Made by a program: the position numbers and the translations under genes. From Amoebidium appalachense (lineage: Eukaryota > Protista > Ichthyosporea), in the NCBI GenBank assembly GCA_963693365.1, contig CAVNZM010000003.1, positions 8,600,046 through 8,664,045 of the forward strand: a stretch of 64,000 nucleotides of DNA. The letters are read 5' to 3'. The notes under the pieces are model-generated. The model saw nothing but the letters and a program-made list of their open reading frames with translations. It was not told the origin of the DNA and did not search any database. Positions 14,501-32,136 of the stretch are shown one piece after another. How positions within the stretch are numbered: the stretch's first letter is position 1; every line of letters starts with the position of its first letter.

Positions 14501-14614
14501 ATGTCTGGCCTAATATCTATCACATAAGTAATACTTATCCACGGTACAAAGTTACACAACCACGTTATACTCGGTTCCACAAATCAAGGGGAAGAAATAG
14601 ATAAAAAAGAGGAA

Positions 14615-14663
<49 letters not shown>

Positions 14664-14685
14664 ATTGCCTTAAAAAAAAAACAGA

Positions 14686-19116
<4,431 letters not shown>

Positions 19117-19284
19117 CTGCATGTGTTTGCCACGTTTTAATGAGTAGCGTGTTTTTGTTTTTTTGTTGTTTTGTTTCTTTCTTTATGCATTTCTTTAGGG
19201 TTTCCTTTGGGGGCCCGGGGGGGGGGGGGGGGAGGGCCTCTTGTGTGTGTGTGTGCCTCGTGTTTGTGTGAGTGTGTCCCAGAA

Positions 19285-19333
<49 letters not shown>

Positions 19334-19336
19334 GAA

Positions 19337-19406
<70 letters not shown>

Positions 19407-19419
19407 CTTCGTGTGTGTG

Positions 19420-19492
<73 letters not shown>

Positions 19493-19879
19493 CTCGTGTG
19501 TGTGTGTTATATAAAGCAAAAACGGGTGCTTAACTTAACCTACGTTTACATCAATCTCATAATTACAGATTATGGGTTTTGGTTTATTTCTAGACAAGAA
19601 AGGTTTTCCTGGTTATTGCTCCGCTCTTGAAGGCCAGTGCTTGTGTGGCATTGCGGCAATGCCAGTGGCGTCGGAAATATGATGTCATCTGACGTGATCG
19701 CCTCGAGTCGCGAGCACTGGCAACAGTACCGCCGTATAATGGCTGGAAAATATCCACAAAGAGAACCGTGAATAATTTTTCCATATTGTATTTTCCCAAG
19801 CATTCTAAAGCAAATGTATAGTTTATTCGCTCCTTGACAGATTTTGCATGCATACATCACAGCACATAGAGCATGCGCA

Positions 19880-20101
19880 ACCCAAGTGATTGGATGAGGG
19901 TCATGCAGACACATTTCAGCGAAGTCGATTGGTGCAAGTTAGACGTTCAGCGGCGCGATGATTGGGTTCGCGGACCGACGAGGAATTTGCAGCACGTGGT
20001 CGCTTTTACATATGCATTTCAAGCATGTTTAATGCTCTAACATATTCTCGCTGTATATCCAACGCGTATCCTGTGCGTCTACGTGGCTCGCACAAGTAAA
20101 C
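19880..20101. promoter_or_regulatory. Putative bidirectional promoter between the transposase (minus) and the JmjC gene (plus)
   Basis: Three ATTGG (CCAAT-box) motifs at 19889, 19928 and 19961, spaced ~33-39 bp, upstream of the ATG at 20102. Confidence 0.4.
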
Positions 20102-20140
20102 ATGGGCAACCCCAAACGCAAACAGTCAAAGAGTCCCAAG
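20102..20140 (+). CDS. 5' part of exon 1 of the JmjC gene (MGNPKRKQSKSPK), separated from the rest by the YR element
   Basis: Joining 20140 to 24175 gives the in-frame MGNPKRKQSKSPK|KTKSPKKKAGKPVKVEAP. Confidence 0.7.
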
Positions 20141-20816
20141 TCTATGAAAACTACTCCGGGACGTGTGTTGCCTCTAGGGGGGACATCCCCTTGGACGAAA
20201 GTGAACCTGCAATGGTTGTAAACCACGGCAGGCCCCCAGTCATCAATTTATTGATCCGTGAGGTCCTTGTGCCCAAAAAACGGGGGAAGTCTTCGCCCCG
20301 TGAAAAAACAGCACGTATGTGGGGATCAATGGGGGTTGAGTGTAGGGTGTAGGTGGGTGGGTGAAAAAGAAAATATAGCTGTAAAGCTGTAGGTGCTAAA
20401 CACAGAAGATGTGTTGTTGCTTGCTGATCTGCTAAAAACTGTCGTGCTTATATACCTAAGGCTGCCGAACTGAGCCAATCAAAACCGATCTAGTGTTATG
20501 TGAAATCTTATCCTGAGCCAATCAAACTCGGTCTAGTGATCTGTGGAATCTGATGTTTTGATCGGCTAATAGGTGCCCGTATGCGGGCAGCCGAACGCGA
20601 ACTGCTAAAACATGAAACGAAGCCTGTTGATATCGGACACCCATCCTACGTGTTTACCCAGAAAAATATTTATGTCAATAATTTCCACAAATAAAACCTC
20701 TATGAAAACTACTCCGGGACGTGTGTTGCCTCTAGGGGGGACATCCCCTTGGACGAAAGTGAACCTGCAATGGTTGTAAACCACGGCACGAGAGCAGTAT
20801 GCTTGCTCCAAAGGTT

Positions 20817-21870
20817 TCACTTAAGAATAGAGGCGAATACACGTGTGGTAGTGGCAGCAATGGAGGCCGGACGAAGTCGGGTATAGATCAGGAAACAGTC
20901 GGAGGACCACCTGCCGAGTTGTTTGATCCGGGAGTCGTCGACCCCGGCCTCAGCCAGTGTTGTGGCCCCCCCGATGCGGAGGCTGTGTCCGGCAAACCGG
21001 GAGGGTGAGAGGCCTGCCCGGGAGAGGAGGGCACGGAAGTCGGCAGAGAAAGCACTCTTGGTGTAGGGGATGCCACCGAGACTGAAGAGGGGGTCGTCGG
21101 GTTGACCGGACGTTGTATCCAGGAACTGACGGAGGAGATGGGCTGGGGAGAAGTGGGTGAGGGGCAGGGCAGCTAGAGTGACGTTGACACCTCGGGCCTG
21201 TACATCCGTCTTAGAGGTTGGCAGGTGGAGGGTGGCATGGGACAAAGTACCGGTGGGGGTGTAGGTGAAGGTCACGTCTTTCCGTTTAACGTGACGGGAC
21301 GGGTCGAAAGAAGTCAGGGTCTTGGAGGTAAATTTCTGAACGGAGGAGACCACAGAAACCGACGATGAGGGCCGTCCATAGCCGTAGATTGGCCGAGGAG
21401 GCCTTGGTAGGGCACTGGCCATGGAGTAGGCTGAGGTGGCCCGAGGGCAGGAGGGGCTCCCTGGTGGATGATCGGGGTCGGATGTTGTGAGAAAGCTGCC
21501 ATCTGCCCACCCCTCGGAGGAACCAGGCCAGAGACTTGTCGTGGGGGTAGGGAGCAGGGAGGCCCATGTCGAGGTGGAGTCTGGCCGAATTGTAGCCGGC
21601 CAAGGAAGAGGCCTGTACCCCTCGTTGGGCACACCAGGCGAGAAAAAGCTGCACGGTGTGGGGGGAGGCCGGGAGGGAGGACCCGGCGGAGGATTGCAGC
21701 CGAGATGCCACACAAAAATCGATGAATACTTTTTGCACCCGGGAGTAAAAGGCCCGAGAGTCGAGGTTGAGACTCAGGGCCTGGCATTCCTGCAGGGTAG
21801 TGGTGGCACGAAGCAGCTCGGCCGGAGCAAAGTGGGGGGCCAATCGGCCAGCGTTGCTCCGGAAGGGGAG
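20817..21870 (-). pseudogene. Tyrosine recombinase (DIRS/Ngaro type), frameshifted near 21338
   Basis: N-terminal core-binding domain (FIDFC..VQLFLAWC..SSLAGY) and GFCGLLR in one frame; SKTD, GHSLRIGGAT and LGRWSSDCFLIY in the next. Full R-K-H-R-W-Y catalytic set present. Confidence 0.9.
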
Positions 21871-22186
21871 ATCTGGGGGGGGGGGGGGGGGGGGGGGTGA
21901 GCCCAGGGGAAGGGATAAGAATTTGTGGACCCAGAAGGGGAAGGGGCAGGGCTCCGGTTGCCGGTAAGGTCGGAGTCGTTGGGTCCGGGGAAGTTGGTTA
22001 CGGAGGAGCTGCGCGGCGAATGATTGGGCTGGGTAGGGGGGGCAGCAGCTCCCGGAGGCGGGAGGTGTCACCGTGGTGTTGGGGCAGCGGGCGGGCCTCC
22101 GGGGCAGCGGGCGGGCCTCCGGGGGCTGAGCCTCGGGGGAAGGGGTGGTTAGCAAGGGTGGGGCACCCTCGGGGAGATCCCGGCAT

Positions 22187-22234
<48 letters not shown>

Positions 22235-22624
22235 CAGGGCCCCGGTGGGTTTAGAGTAGGGCAGCAGGGCCCGAGGGGGGTTTGCAGGGAGGGCAGCGGG
22301 GCCCTGTGCAGGGGATGCCCGAGCACGCGCGGGTGTGGGCGTACACAGAGTTAGAAGAAGGGGGGGGGGAGGGAGTGCTAGGTGAGTTTAAGGGGGGGGG
22401 GAGGCTCGTGGGATGGGGGGGGGGAGTAAAATTATGTGCAGTGGCCAGAATAACGTCTTTGTGTAGGGACATTTATTCTTGGCGCGCGCGGGCGCCGTAG
22501 TTGGCCTGCGAAAATTGTTACTCCGCCCTAGTGCCCCGTTTTTCCCGAGCTCCGTGTCCTTGGACCCGTGTAACCTAGCTCCTAGCCCCTATGTTCTATC
22601 TGTGGGTGGGGGTGTGCGCGTAGA

Positions 22625-23786
22625 CTAGGCATTGTGCTTGCAGTCTTTGCGGGGGTGTGTGCCAGAGCAGAGCGGGCACACGTGGGAGAAGGGGCAGGGC
22701 TGCTTAGCGCAGGACCGACCGTTGTGGAAATTCCTGCAGTGTGTCGCGGGTAGATCCACGGGTCGGGCCGGTGGTGCCGGGCTGGGTTGCGGTCCGGGTC
22801 GGTTAGGGGTTTGGCCCCCGCCGGGCTTGTGGGGCGGCTCGAAACCATCAAGACCACAGCCGGGCTTGGGGTACATGGGGCAGGCCGCGCTGGGGTGGTC
22901 GGGGAAGCCGCAGCGCTGACATGTGTCCGGTATGAGCAGAGTGGGTGGCAGGAGGAGATCCTGGTGGAGTTGGGCGAGCAGGTTGGGACACTCGATCGGA
23001 GCCCGACCCTGCTGGTGGGCAACGGTTCGGGCGTATACGTCATAGTTGTGGATCTGGGCCCACGGGTATCGGGTGCTGAGGCGAGTGATGTGCTGAGTCC
23101 AAAGTACTTCTTTGTCCGTGGGGAGGCCGAGTTGGTGTTTGGCGGCCATGTAATGGGTCCAAGCTTGGATCCAAATGACGAGTGAACGCAGGGGAACAGG
23201 TTTGTCTTGGCGAACAGTCTCGATGCTGCCGTCGTCGGCCATGCGCAGATGCTGACCTTTCTTGGATGGGGCCAGGAGGGCGGCGGGGGTGAACTTATAC
23301 AGGTCGACGAAACGATTGGCGCGCAAATCTGCCAGCACATCCGCGGGGGGAAGCGGGAGTGTGCCCGGCTGAATGTCGCCAGTGTTCTCACCTGTAATGG
23401 GGGGCACGGGCAGGGCAGGTAGATCCAGGTCAGGGCCGAGATGCAGCCCCAGGGAAACCTCCCCGGGTGCGGAGGGCGCGGCGGGGGGCGCGGGAGGGTC
23501 GCGGTTGGTGAGAGCGGCCAGGACGCCAGCCATCTGGGTGCTGATGGCGGTGAGGGCGGCAAGGACGGCGTCTTGAGAAGTCATTGGCGGGGACGGTGGG
23601 GCCTGAGGAGGGACTTCAGGAGTAGAGGGGAGAGTAGCCGGAGGGTCCGTGGTGGTATGGACCGCTGGAGGCGCGTCAGTGCCCGCGGGAGCGTTGGTCA
23701 GCCTGTGGCGGAGGTCGCTGCGGGTCAGGCGCTTAGGTGCCGTGGCAGGGGCGGCGGCTGAGGCCTGGCGCTTTTTTCGGCGGCAT
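22625..23786 (-). CDS. Gag-like ORF1 of the YR element (open 23584-22625; probable original start MPPKK at 23786 with a frameshift)
   Basis: WIQAW..Y...YPWAQIHNYDVYAR motif, CCHC knuckle CQRCGFPDHPSAAC, and C-terminal CRNFHNGRSCAKQPCPFSHVCPLCSGTH zinc finger typical of DIRS/Ngaro ORF1. Confidence 0.8.
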
Positions 23787-23922
23787 GCTGACCGGCGTAG
23801 GGAAAGATAGGGAGAAGAAAAAGAAAATATAGCTGACTGAAAAAGAAAATATAGCTGTAAAGCTGTAGGTGCTAAACACAGAAGATGTGTTGTTGCTTGC
23901 TGATCTGCTAAAAACTGTCGTG

Positions 23923-23998
23923 CTTATATACCTAAGGCTGCCGAACTGAGCCAATCAAAACCGATCTAGTGTTATGTGAAATCTTATCCTGAGCCAAT
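23923..23998 (-). promoter_or_regulatory. Promoter in repeat A: two tandem CCAAT-containing ~43-bp units and a TATA box
   Basis: CCAAT at 23951 and 23994; TATATAAG on the minus strand at 23930-23923, upstream of gag. Duplicated in A2. Confidence 0.55.
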
Positions 23999-24174
23999 CA
24001 AACTCGGTCTAGTGATCTGTGGAATCTGATGTTTTGATCGGCTAATAGGTGCCCGTATGCGGGCAGCCGAACGCGAACTGCTAAAACATGAAACGAAGCC
24101 TGTTGATATCGGACACCCATCCTACGTGTTTACCCAGAAAAATATTTATGTCAATAATTTCCACAAATAAAACC

Positions 24175-24421
24175 AAAACGAAAAGCCCAAAGAAAAAGGC
24201 GGGGAAACCCGTTAAGGTAGAGGCGCCCAGGGCCGCCGGTTCGAGGGGGGGGCTGACGCCCTTGGGCGGCGGCGGCAAGAAGTTGCAGGGGGCCACCAAG
24301 CAGGCTGGTAGCGGAGCCAACACACGCAGCGAGGCAGAGAAGAGAGCTGCTGTTATCCTTGAGACGGTGACCAAGGAAACAGTCCCCGCGGCCTTGCGCG
24401 TACTGTCTGGCGCCAAAAAGG
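24175..24421 (+). CDS. Remainder of JmjC gene exon 1 (Lys-rich SPKK-containing tail)
   Basis: KTKSPKKKAGKPVKVEAP...LSGAKK, followed by candidate GT donors at 24422-24436. Exact splice to the JmjC exon unresolved. Confidence 0.6.
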
Positions 24422-24546
24422 GTGGGTTTATTGTGTGAGCTTGCACGCATATAAGCCCCCGCATATCCCTCGACCGGTCAGTTTCACTTCTGCGTCCTTT
24501 CTCATTAAGCAAGCATTCTTTCACACAGCACTCACCATCACGTACT

Positions 24547-25554
24547 TTGTTAAAAAGATGTTCACACACAACCATGGGTTTATGTGAAAAAGCTTTACAG
24601 GCCCTCAGCGCCTTGCACGAAGCAGAAGCGAAAGGGGAGGGGGCAGTCTTGTTAACGAACTTTGCGTCGCCCATTCCCTTTGGTGACATCATGAAGTTTG
24701 TTCCTGCGCGCACTATACAGAAAAACATCACTAGACATACAGTTAGGGCTGTTTCAGAAACATGGGGGCAACTAGTGAAAAAGCCGGTTAAGGAGGGATA
24801 CGAAGTGTTGGATGGGGCAGTGGAAGATGTAGTTGGGCTGTCCCGGATGGATGCAACGGAAATCATGTCTTTCTACGAGAAAAACATTGTAGGGGAAGGT
24901 GGTTTTTATGTTGAGCATGCTGAAATAGACATAACTCATTTAATAACGGACGCACGCCTCTACGACCCAACAATCATTGCGGACCACACGGTAATTGGAC
25001 AGGAACACTATGGGAAAAGAATTCCAGGAATCAACGAAGCTTTCTTGTATGCAATGCTTAACGCATCGGATAAAACACCCACGGGAAAAATTCTCTTGTC
25101 GGCTTTTGCGGCCCACATAGAAGACGGAGCGCTGTCATCTTCCAGCATTCTTTTGGATGGTCTCAAAGTGTGGTTCGTACATGCTCCTTGGCAATACCCT
25201 CATATCATGGAACTTGTGAAAAACGAGTTCCCTGATTTAGATTGTACCAACCCCATCCAGCACAAGTGCTTTCTCCCCCTATCACCCTTGTATCTAGTGT
25301 CAAAGGGACTTGCCCCAACCATAGTCATTCAGCGCCCGGGCTGCCTAGTCCAAACCACACCATTAGCCCTGCACTATGGTTTCCAGTGCGGGCCGAACGT
25401 TGCGCTTGCGGTGAACACTGCCACACTTGGTTGGTTGGAAAAGCTGTCCTTGTATGATGTTTGCGAATGCCGATCACATTTCCTCCCAGACGTAGACAGA
25501 GTAGTGAAAGCATTTGCTACAGTTCGACGGCTAAACATCCCCATTGCAATCGGT

Positions 25555-25589
<35 letters not shown>

Positions 25590-25596
25590 CGTTTAA
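24547..25596 (+). CDS. KDM4/JMJD2-like JmjC domain protein (putative histone lysine demethylase), main exon
   Basis: GINEAFLY..SAFAAHIED (H-x-E Fe ligands), LKVWF (2-OG Lys), DCTNPIQHK and VCECR (KDM4 C-H-C-C Zn site), QRPGCLVQTTPLALHYGFQCGPNVALAVNTAT..W (distal His). Collinear with KDM4 GVNTPYLY/FAWHTED/PKSWY/LRHK/YHAGFNHGFNCAESTNFAT/CSCR. Confidence 0.88.
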
Positions 25597-26192
25597 AAAA
25601 AATACTCTATCCCTTTTGTTTTTGTTTGGTGTGTTTCCCACATACTGTATGCGTGAAAACAGCACACTGACGTTTTTCTCTTGCCTCGTTTTCTGTATGT
25701 TGTTGTGTTGTGTGCACGTAGTTTTCTTTCCTTGGTTTTGCAAGTGCATGTGCGAAATAACCTTCTGGGTGTTACAGAAGCATGTTTCCGATGTTCTGGT
25801 AGATTGCGGAGATAAAAAACATAAGCTTAAGTATCTGTTGGATAACCAACTAATCAGTGTGTATATGCAACACATATTTTGTACACGTTCGTTGGCCAAC
25901 AAACACATGTCTGTTGGATAGGTATTACATATAGAATTGATACTTTGATTGATGCTTTATATCCATTGGATGCCCGACTAATACCTATATGTATAGTGTG
26001 GATGTTTTGTGTATATGTTTTCCATATCCATTGACCAACCAACACATGCCTTTGCATATGCAAAATGCATATCTATCTCATATAATGACCCTAAACTAGG
26101 TTTAAGGTAAACGGTATACACGTGGTGTTTCCCACACAATCTTCCTTCCAGTTTACTTCTTCACCCATGCTCACTCCCACTTTTATCCACAG

Positions 26193-26455
26193 ATACATCC
26201 AAGTCTCCTGCAAGCGGTGACAAACCAAAACTCCTCATGTCGTCTTGGGGAGCCGACGAGGACTTTCCTAAAGATGCCGACGGGCAGTACCTTCTTCCGG
26301 ATGACGACATCAGGTTGGCCTACTACCTTACGGTTGTCTGCACGCGCTACCCCACCACCACGATGAAGGACAAGCTGCGGACTACCTACGCTGCAGGCAG
26401 GGATGAGATCCTATTAATACCGTGTCTTATAGTAGTAACAAAAAAACATGTGTAG
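26193..26455 (+). CDS. Probable downstream exon of the JmjC gene (unknown domain)
   Basis: Pyrimidine tract plus CAG acceptor, then GC-rich coding-like sequence (MSSWGADEDFPKDADGQYLLPDDDIRLAYY...) inside the transposon. Confidence 0.4.
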
Positions 26456-27896
26456 TTTGTAAGCAAGAAGGTCACTGGACCCTGTAATAGTTCATAATCA
26501 AAAGTAAGTGTTGGATTGTGTGTCATATGCTCCTGGTGAGCATGACTTAGATAAAACTGGTCATGCTCCTGTGGGGCATGACGTGTACATAAAGACTTGT
26601 GCTGCCGTCGTTGAGTAAGTGCCAGATCCCAACGAGGGGGGGGGGGGGGGGTATTGCATATCCAATTGGGCATTATTTATATATTAGACTACTCATCGAG
26701 ATATATATTTAATGGACTGCTAAATTATATCAAACTGGATATCTAGTGCATATCCAGACACGGAAGTGATGATATCCGATTGGATATCACTCATATATTA
26801 GATTAGTCCTTAGGATATACATGCAACGGATGAGTATTAGATATCACTGTGATATAGAATACATATCCAGACACGTTGTTCGGATTTCTGCCTATATGTC
26901 TATTTATATATATAATATATGCAAGGGCCGATATCTAAAGGGTGTCTTTTGGTCGTCTATCACATCCATTTTCGTTGTTCATTTACTGATCCAGTGCATA
27001 TATACTGGGATGCATGTTGGATATCTATGCTTTGGTCTACTTGGCAACTATTATGAGGTCTATTGGTGACCTGACTGTATATAGTCAATATAGGTATTCT
27101 ATGCCTATATACATAGCTATCTGTATATCTAATGAACCGCATTTTCGGTAATAAATCTATGCACAACCTATATGTATTGCATATCAAATTACATCTCTTT
27201 TGTATCAATTACATATATTTAGGTTACCCACAGCATATCAATTGGATCTCGATTGTGCACCTTTTATGCATGTTATATATATATATTACGTATCATAATG
27301 GATAGGGTTTCAGGTTTCCAGTCACTGGATACCTTCGTTGCATATCCAGTATATATGCTGTGCATGTGTATTTGCATATCTAGTGTTCGATATCCACTGG
27401 ATATCACGTTTCCCGTGGATATCTAGTGGATCCCTAACAGTAGTTATCCAATGGATATCAGGGTTTTAACAGAATCTGATATCTATATACATATTAGCCG
27501 TAGATATCCAAGATTAATATCCATTTATATTTACATATCTTAAACCCATGAACTGGATGTAGGGTTATGTTCAGGATGGGTTTGAGTATATGGATATCTT
27601 TAATGTATCTTTTATGGGTTCCGGATGTTTCGGCAAGATTGCTGATGTGGGGCTATTGATGGAAGCTTGAGGATCGCAATGGGCCCATGCAAATTGCCAA
27701 AAAGCGTGTGCGAATTGGTGAACGACAGAAGTGCCGAACATCATGATGTAGAGTGAGAGGAGTGGGAGGGACGCGTGTATGAAATAACGCCACCGCCAGC
27801 CAAGAAGGCACGGATTATTGCATCAACAGACACAACAGACACACAAAACGACACAAACAACACCACACCGATCCTAAAAGACACACAGACACACTG

Positions 27897-29391
27897 AATA
27901 GAGCCGCGTTTTCGAAATATAACACCAACAGAAGTACGCACATATCAAAGAAATGACCCGACATGCAAAGCAATTATTGACTATGCAACACAACAAATAA
28001 CACCCACCGATGATAAGGTATACAGAGAAATATTACTGTGCAAAGACGCATACATGGTGCATGATGATATTTTATATAGAGTAAGCACAGTCACGAAAAG
28101 ACCCAAAAGATATTTTACGCCACGCATTATATGTTCCCTACGGCCTCAGACACAACACATTCCTTGCATGCCACGAGGATGTATCAGCAGGACACTACGG
28201 GTTTAATAAAACCTATTAAGAATACGCGAGCGCTTTTTCTGGCCATCCATGTACGCAGACATACTAGCATGGTGTCGTGGATGCAAAGTATGTGCAACAC
28301 GAAAATCTTACCCGCTGTAGCACACGCATGCCGTCCACTTTCCGCGAACCAGACCACTTAACCCAGCAACACTGAATGGGAATACGCACATATTAGTAGC
28401 TATCGATGAATTTACACGGTGGCCAGAAGCATGGCCTATGACCGAACCCACTTCCGAGAAAATCGCCAAATTTTAAATATTAGTGGAAGAATTTATACGT
28501 AGGCATGGGATAGCCAAAAGCTTTCGGTTAGACAGAGCAAATTATTTCAAAAGTAAATTATTTACTGCAATATGCCAAGCATTAGGCACAGAACAAAAAC
28601 TCACGCCCGCATATTATCATGATGCCAATGGACAGTGTGAAAAATTAAACCGGGATTTAACAAATAACCTAGCTATGTTCACGCAAGAGTACACAAAAAC
28701 ATGGGACTTATATGTGCCGTATTTTCTTTTTGCATGCAGAAACACAGTGTGCAGTGCAACAGGACACACACCAGCAGAGCTCATGTATGGAAGAACGTTG
28801 CAATCTCCCTATGACCAACTATTAAATCACCCTAGTGACATCCCCTACTCACCGAAGGAATATTACCAACACTTATTAGAAAAACTATGTTTTGCACATG
28901 CACGTGCAGCAGAAATCTCCCGAATTGAAAGACAAAAACAAGCAGAAAAGCGAAATGAGCACACAAAAGCCAAGTTTTGGGATATAGGTGACAAAGTATG
29001 GGTATATATACCAAGAAAAATAAAGGGTGTATCTCGAAAGCTCCTGCATATGTGGCACGGTCTTTACACAATAGTGAAACATGTAACAAACTCAACCTAC
29101 GAACTAGCTAACACAAAAGGAAAGAAACTTAAAGCCCCCGTGCATGTATCCCGCATCAAGCCTTACTATAATCCTAATGCAAGACCCACCGATAAAATCC
29201 CTATGCCTATAATTGACACTCCACTCACCGAAACAGATATTCCCTCTCCACGTGATGCCACACCTATAGCTGTAACGGGACAAATTGCTTCCAAAAGTGG
29301 AAGATACTGGAGAATAAAATGGTCTGACGGACAAGAAAACTATGATATGCCCCTCCAACATATGATGCACAAAGGTGGTGCACCGGCCTAG
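27897..29391 (+). pseudogene. Ty3/Gypsy-type integrase relic (H2C2 zinc finger, DDE core, GPY/F region, chromo-like tail)
   Basis: QRNDPTCKAIIDY, CHEDVSAGHYGFNKT, WPSMYADI..WCRGCKVC, IDEFTRWPEA, LDRANYF, ANGQCEKLNR, TGHTPAELMYGR, VHVSRIKPY. Stops, frameshifts and a deletion. Confidence 0.88.
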
Positions 29392-30369
29392 GTTGATATT
29401 TCCCTTAAACATACTTGTATTTATAAGTGATAAGCTATGTTCGATATAAAGGTTTTTAAAATGCACTGAGCATATGGTTAAAGGAGAACACAGCCGCTGT
29501 TTCGGCCCGGTTGAGGTCATTATGGTGTCAAGCGAATGATCATGAGTAGGTTTTTTTTTTTAAAATAGGTAGAAGCATCAACGCACGGACCCAGGCTGAG
29601 CCAACGGTTGGTTTTCACGGAGTGGGGCGCAGCAGCTGGCAGCTGCCAGCTTTTGCACAAGCTGCAGCTGGCCGCCCAAATAGATGATTGTGCCGAAACA
29701 CCAATCATATTTCAGAATATATAAAAGCCTTGTATAGCTACTGATATATGACGCATCATACTACGAGGCTTTTTTATTGGACACATAATAGCCAAATACG
29801 GATCGTTATTTGCTGTTGTCAGCGAATAGAATGAATCTTATCTCAAGTTTTCCCAGCCGCTTAGCCTCGGGAACAACAACAGATCGAGATACATTTGTAC
29901 AACACGTAAGGCTATACGACTGTACTAGAGTACTGTGTTTCGACCATTCGAGTCATCCATTTTCGACCACCCACCATGAATGATCTAATAATTATAAAGC
30001 CACGTTTGAGTGTGCAACAGTAAGCTGTGTTAAAACCCCTGGTTTCTGAACTACATTCCCTTGTGTGAGCCCAATGCTCCTAGGCGCACTTAGATTCATG
30101 CACTAAAGCTGCAGGTTGCATCTTGCCCAAAGCTGAGCAATGGACCAGTCTACATGTTCAGGTTGCACAGTTACTTGTTCCCGTCTACTGCTCTCTTTTT
30201 CTAAGCTGATTGAAGCGACATGCTACAAGTTGAGACCACGTCCTGTCTGCAATGGCCTATCGCATTGCCATGGATGCCCTGAGAGTCCGGTCAACCTGCT
30301 TGTTATGTCCTGTGAACACAAACACGCACACACGCACATGCACACGCCACACACGCACACGCACACGCA

Positions 30370-30405
<36 letters not shown>

Positions 30406-30439
30406 TACGCACACACACACACACACATACACACACACA

Positions 30440-31450
<1,011 letters not shown>

Positions 31451-31551
31451 TCCCCTCCCCTCTCCCTGTCCCTCCAGCACCTTCTCTCTCTCCCCCTTCC
31501 CCCCTCCCCATTCTCCCTGCATACATGCCCTCCCCCCTCTCCCCCCCCCCC

Positions 31552-31610
<59 letters not shown>

Positions 31611-31907
31611 TGTCACCCGCCCAACGCACTGTTTTCTAAGCATTCACTTCTCACGTTCAGATCCGCCGAATAAGCAAGCACACAACCATTCAAACACACC
31701 AACACAAACCCAGACACACATCCACACACACACCCACACACACACATACACAGGTACACCCACACCCACACCCACCCACCCACACACACAAGTATACACA
31801 CACACACACACACAAAAAAAAAAAACACAAATCCACACAAATCCACACACACACGCACACACACATGTACACCCACAACCACACCTGCCCACACACACAC
31901 ACAGGCA

Positions 31908-32006
<99 letters not shown>

Positions 32007-32016
32007 TCATACACAG

Positions 32017-32053
<37 letters not shown>

Positions 32054-32095
32054 TACACACACTGTGACACACACACACACACACACACACACCGT

Positions 32096-32134
<39 letters not shown>

Positions 32135-32136
<2 letters not shown>

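Larger units (their letters stand above)
20141..24174 (-). mobile_element. Ngaro/PAT-type tyrosine-recombinase retrotransposon derivative lacking RT/RNase H. Split direct repeats: A1 (24174-23838), gag, YR, B1 (20788-20699), A2 (20698-20362), B2 (20230-20141)
   Basis: A 337-bp repeat A and a 90-bp repeat B each occur twice in A1..B1-A2..B2 order. Encodes gag and YR. No TSD. Confidence 0.9.

Noticed and set aside
20083-20352. ORF MARTSKHG... resembling a histone H3 N-terminus
   Set aside because: Non-ATG start, similarity limited to ART, and the ORF runs across the YR element B2 boundary; the real frame starts at ATG 20102.
20699-20788. 90-bp duplication read as captured host exon or TSD
   Set aside because: Better explained as B1/B2 split direct repeats of the YR element.
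24088-24174. ORF start MKRSLLISDTHP... as the JmjC N-terminus
   Set aside because: Lies within repeat A of the inserted element; the in-frame fusion is fortuitous.
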